Source of the DNA: the human T2T-CHM13v2.0 reference genome, Homo sapiens
Reading direction: 5' to 3' (one strand)
Length of the DNA: 64,000 nt
Assembly (NCBI RefSeq): GCF_009914755.1
Contig: NC_060925.1
The notes under the pieces were generated by a model. The model was not told where the DNA came from. It made no database searches and was given only the letters and a program-made list of their open reading frames with translations. The translations under genes were made by a program, and so were the position numbers. The first letter of the stretch is position 1; the number at the start of each line of letters is the position of its first letter. Of the stretch, positions 59,400 through 64,000 are shown piece by piece.

Positions 59400-61700
59400 C
59401 ACAAGTAACTAGAATAGTACCTAATATAAGATAGAGGTTCAATTATTATTTTAAAATAAATTTTAAAGATAATACAAATAGTTTCCTGATATATGTTAAA
59501 TGATTTGTACTATCATCCAAAGTGTATAAGAATTCTCACTTGTCCACATTCTTGTCTTCACGTGGCAATCTACTGAAAAGATGGTCCTTTCTTGACTGTT
59601 ACAAAGCACTAATTTTGTCATAAGTCAACTTTGACATGTGTGTTGTTTTATATCTGGGCTTTTTCAGTTACATTGGTCTATTTGTCAAAATCTTATTAAT
59701 ATAATATAAATGATGACTTTTTCTGCCTGCTTGATTTTGGTAAATTTAGAAGTCCACTGTTAATTTTATGTACTCATTTTATATCCAGCCAGCTTAATAA
59801 ACTCTTTTATTGATTCCCACAATTTATTTGTAGATTATTTTAAACTTGCTGTGGCATATCATTTGTAAAGACTAAAACTTTAGTTTTTATTAAAAGCTTA
59901 CTAAAAACTTTAATCTTTACTAAAACTTTCCTCTTTATTTCAAATGTTTATATGTTTTATGTGTTAATTCTTGTCTTATTTTGCTGGCTAGAAACTCTAG
60001 TAAAATATTGACCTATATTTGATTTCTGAAATTTTAGAGTAGACTTCTAATGCTCCAACCTTAAAAATGAAGTCATTTTTATTGAGTTTTTTAAAAACAC
60101 CCTTTACTAGGTTAAGAAAGTTTACTTCTACACCTAGGATGTTATGTCTTTTACTTTGTTCTAATTTTTTTCATAAATGTTTGCTAGATTTTTAAATTGC
60201 CACCTTTGGTCTTTTAATCAATTAATTCGGTGAAGTATATTTTTAGACATTCTCATTTAATATTGTTCCTAGGGTAAGCACACTGAATAATGTGGATTTG
60301 TCTTCTTTATTTTTATACACTTCTGAATTGAATGTAATCATATTTTGTTTAAGATTTTCAGATCTATTTTCCAAGTATTCAGTTTTGCACCTATTTTCAT
60401 GATAAGACTGACCCTATAATTTTCCAATCTTTTGCTTTTTTAACTGGTTTTTATTTCAGGGTTATCTGGTCTCATGAAATGACTTTTGGTGTGTTCTCTT
60501 TTTTTTTTTTTTTCAGCCTCTGAAGATAATTTTTGCATAAATCAGAAATTACCCACTCCTTGACAATTTGGTGAAACTCTTGTAGAAATAGTTTTCATTA
60601 ATCACTAATGCCAGAGGTTTATATTATGATCTGTTTCCATCTGTATTATGTATGTTTTTTATTTCATTGATTTCTGAACTTAACTTTATTGTATCCTTTA
60701 TTCTATTTTCATTGGCTATATTCTGCATTATTTTCCTAACCTCTTAAGACTGAGCACATTCATTTTCTGCCATCTTTCTTCGTAAGTATTGAAGTTTACA
60801 TATGTAATTTGAAGTGCCACTTCTATTTTATTCTATAATTTTTGCATATGTAGTGTTTTTATTATTTAGTTTTTGTAATTTAATTTATAATATGATTTAT
60901 TCTTTGACCTAAAAGTTAATTAGAAATGTTTTGCAATTTCCAAACATAGGAGCGTTTAACTTGCCTTTTTTGTTATTCATTTCTAACTTAATTGCGTTGT
61001 TGTCAGAGACTGTGATTCTTATGGCTAATTCTTTTATATTTGTCAAAATTTGCCTTACGGCCTAATACCTAGTTAACTATTTTACATATTTCGTACGCGT
61101 TTAAGGAGACTATGTCTTTTGCATCTATTACATGTGAGATTTTAGATATGCCCATGAAATCAAGTTTACTAATGTTATTGTCTAAATATTCAATTATGCT
61201 ATATTTAAATATTCAACTATTCTTATCTGATTTATCTCACTGTCATTAAAAAGCAGTGTATTAAAAGCTCCAACACTGATTGTGAACTAGTCAACTTCTC
61301 CTTATTGTTTCATCAATTTTTTACCTTACGTATTTTGAGGCTATTTTATTAAATACGTTCAAGTTAGGTGTATTTTCAGGTGAGCTGAATCTTTTATTTA
61401 ATGTAATGTAGCAACTGTCTTTATTTTTAATAACTCTATTCATCTTGTATATTGTTAATACACCCTCCAAATTATTTTTGGTTTGTATTTAATTGGCATA
61501 TATTTTTCTATTATTTTATTTTATTTATTGTTTCTTATGTTTTAAATGTATATCCAGACAGAAGACTATATCTAGACTTTCTCTTAAATCAGTTTTGAAA
61601 TGCTCTGTCTTAAATGCAATTTTGATTATTTGTACATAACATGATTATGAAAATATTTTGTCATTCAATTATTTTACTTTATTTCTTATTTATCACATAT
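59400..61700 (-). mobile_element. Ancient L1ME-type ORF2 remnant
   Basis: Diverged antisense L1 motifs: ggttaagaaagtttacttcta, tctaacttaattgcgttgttgtcagaga. Confidence 0.65.
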
Positions 61701-63639
61701 TTCTTCTCTCATCTTATCTGTTTTGAAGTAAACTTGATACCCTGAATAAAGCATCCCTAGAAACAATTAAAATGCTTAGTAATATGCAAATTATGTCTTT
61801 TTAAAAAATGCATCACTTTCTAACTCAATATAATTTTTTTAAATGCATCACTGAATTAACAATGAAGTAAAAAAAAAAAAAATTACTAGAGGTAAAAAAT
61901 AAAATAGAATCCAGAGAAGAAAACAGAGAAACAAACTGTCTTTTACATTGAGAAAATTTATCAAATTGGATGGACTTCAATTTTAGTTATCAGGCCATGG
62001 AAGCACACACAAGGGCTACACAGAACCCCAACTGAGCAGCTACCCCATTTGGGAAGTCTAAAAGGAACTTGAACTTTCCACACCACATAAAACTAAGACT
62101 CTAATGTGCTATGCCCTCGGTATAAGTTAAACAATAAACAAACCTACCCAGGAGACTATTTATAAAATTGTCCATCTTGAACTTGAGCCCTGAACAAAGG
62201 AAACAAAATATTCTCTGAATATTGGTAACCACAAGCTAGCCTTCATGCAGATATGAAGCTTGAATTTCTACTCCCTAAGTATTTTGAAAAATCTCAAACT
62301 TACAATCTAGTTTAAAATTTCACACAGGATTATTCTAGTGCTTGCTCTTTGTCACTGCTCATAGCTCATTGTAGTTTTAACTCACTGTGTTTCAAAACAG
62401 CTATGCTTGTTTTGGCCTTTAGGGGTTACATTTATTTGCATTAGCCTCAAGAAATGCATCAAAAAGTCTTTTTGTTGTAATATATTTAGGATTGAGATGC
62501 AATGTCATTGGAAGGCCCTTAAATGTACCATACCAAAATGTTCTGAACCCTTCTCTGAAGTGGTTGCCTTTTCTTTCATTTCCCAAACAGCAATAATCTG
62601 AGAACTCATACCATGTGGCTGCAAGAAGTCCAGTCCTTTACTGTTTTTCTTTCCCTGATATCTCTGGGCATCTGTGAGGAAGAATTTCATGTTACACAGA
62701 CTCAGTCTGATTTTCATCCATAACCTCATAGGACAGATTGGCACCTAACTGGTGCTCAGCTCCTGCAATCACAGCCTCTCATTGCATAATGAGTTGCTGT
62801 TGCTCTTCACATTCTGTTTTACCCAAAATGATAACATAATTCTGCTTTCTAACTTCCCAAAGTTTTTTAACATCTATAAAAAGTAAAAACTTGACTGAAG
62901 CTTAGGGCAACAGAGGAATTAAAGTTCAGAAAAACAAAAACAAAAACAATGAAAATACAATAACAAAAAACTTAATCTGAAATACGACTGTAAATATGGT
63001 CCCCTATAAGGAAATCTATTCTTGATACCCAACAGAAAGGAAAAATCTCAATCTTCTTCTTACTCCAATCAAGGGCTAGGCTTCCCACCAGGATATTTTG
63101 CAGGAATGCAGCTCCACCTACAGTGAAGATAATTGTCCACCATTTATGAGAAAGTTTTAGCCCAGATCCTTACCATTCTGGAATAGTATCACAGTTTCAC
63201 CTTTGCATATCCAAATCACATAAAGACATTATTAACACTTATCAAAACACAAGAGAATAATTACTTTCAGAGAAGTCAAATCTCTCCCCTACAAAAATGG
63301 AAGAATTGCCACCAACTTTGAAATTCAAGTTTATTCTTTCTAGCCAAAAGCTTTCAAAAAAATGGCAAGCTCCTGTCCTAACTAGACAACTCATTATTTT
63401 GTTACAATGTTTGTCTCCCCCAAACAAAACCCTTCAACTTCTTCAAAGGCAAAAATATTGTGTTATTTCCCTTTTTGTTTCTAGTAACAGACAAAATGCC
63501 TAGTACACGTTCATGCTCAATAACCCTTTGTTAAGTGCATGAATCAGTGAATGACTACGTAAACCCCTTTCCATTAAATATTTGGAGAGGTTCAGTATAA
63601 GAAACAATATTTCATTTTTACAAAACGTCTTCCAGGAAG

Positions 63640-63665
63640 TGAGGAGAGAGAGAGAGAGAGAGAAA
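63640..63665. repeat. (GA)n microsatellite
   Basis: Seen directly. Confidence 0.85.
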
Positions 63666-64000
63666 GGAAATTCGTGAATGTATGTATGTCCTCCTTATGG
63701 GAACAACAGGTTTGAATACTGATGAAGTGGAACCTCAGAGCCACTGTGTGCATTGAACTGGAGTGAGACAGAAAAATACAGCAGACTCGTAACCAAACAG
63801 AAAGTGCCCCATCCTGTTGATGCAGCATATATTCTGAGCCCAACCAGTAAGTAGCAGACATTGACATGAATGAATATGGTTAAAAGCAAATGAACAGTCA
63901 TCATAGATGTTTCTCTCCCTGACTCGGTGACTGCAGGCTTTCAGATGCACCCAGCAACAAGGGAAGGGGGCATCTGCATAAAATATTCTGAGCAGAGCAT

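Noticed and set aside
61370-61386. Another AG|GT junction (tattttcag|gtgagc)
   Set aside because: Short pyrimidine tract inside a decayed L1; likely chance

Overview
AT-rich, CpG-poor primate genomic DNA, almost certainly human given a diagnostic AluYb8. Most of the window is interspersed repeats: two decayed ERV-L proviral remnants (gag/RT/IN/dUTPase with MLT2-type LTRs), a solo LTR12, MLT1 (MaLR) LTRs, a near full-length L1MA1-like element plus many older L1 pieces, six Alus, L2/MIR relics, two MER53 MITEs and microsatellites. I see no protein-coding exon, RNA gene or CRISPR-like array; the ORF track is explained by repeats and chance. Nearly all L1 sequence is on the minus strand, which suggests (inference) a long intron of a plus-strand transcript. 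I found no convincing previously undescribed biological system. Best leads: a very young AluYb8; an AG|GT recursive-splice-like site at 28850; a POU/SOX/homeodomain motif cluster near 30 kb; a mirror-symmetric AT-only palindrome at 39.2 kb; and a probable L1 3' transduction inside ERV-L gag. Subfamily names come from recalled consensus motifs and need RepeatMasker/Dfam confirmation; boundaries of old repeats are approximate.
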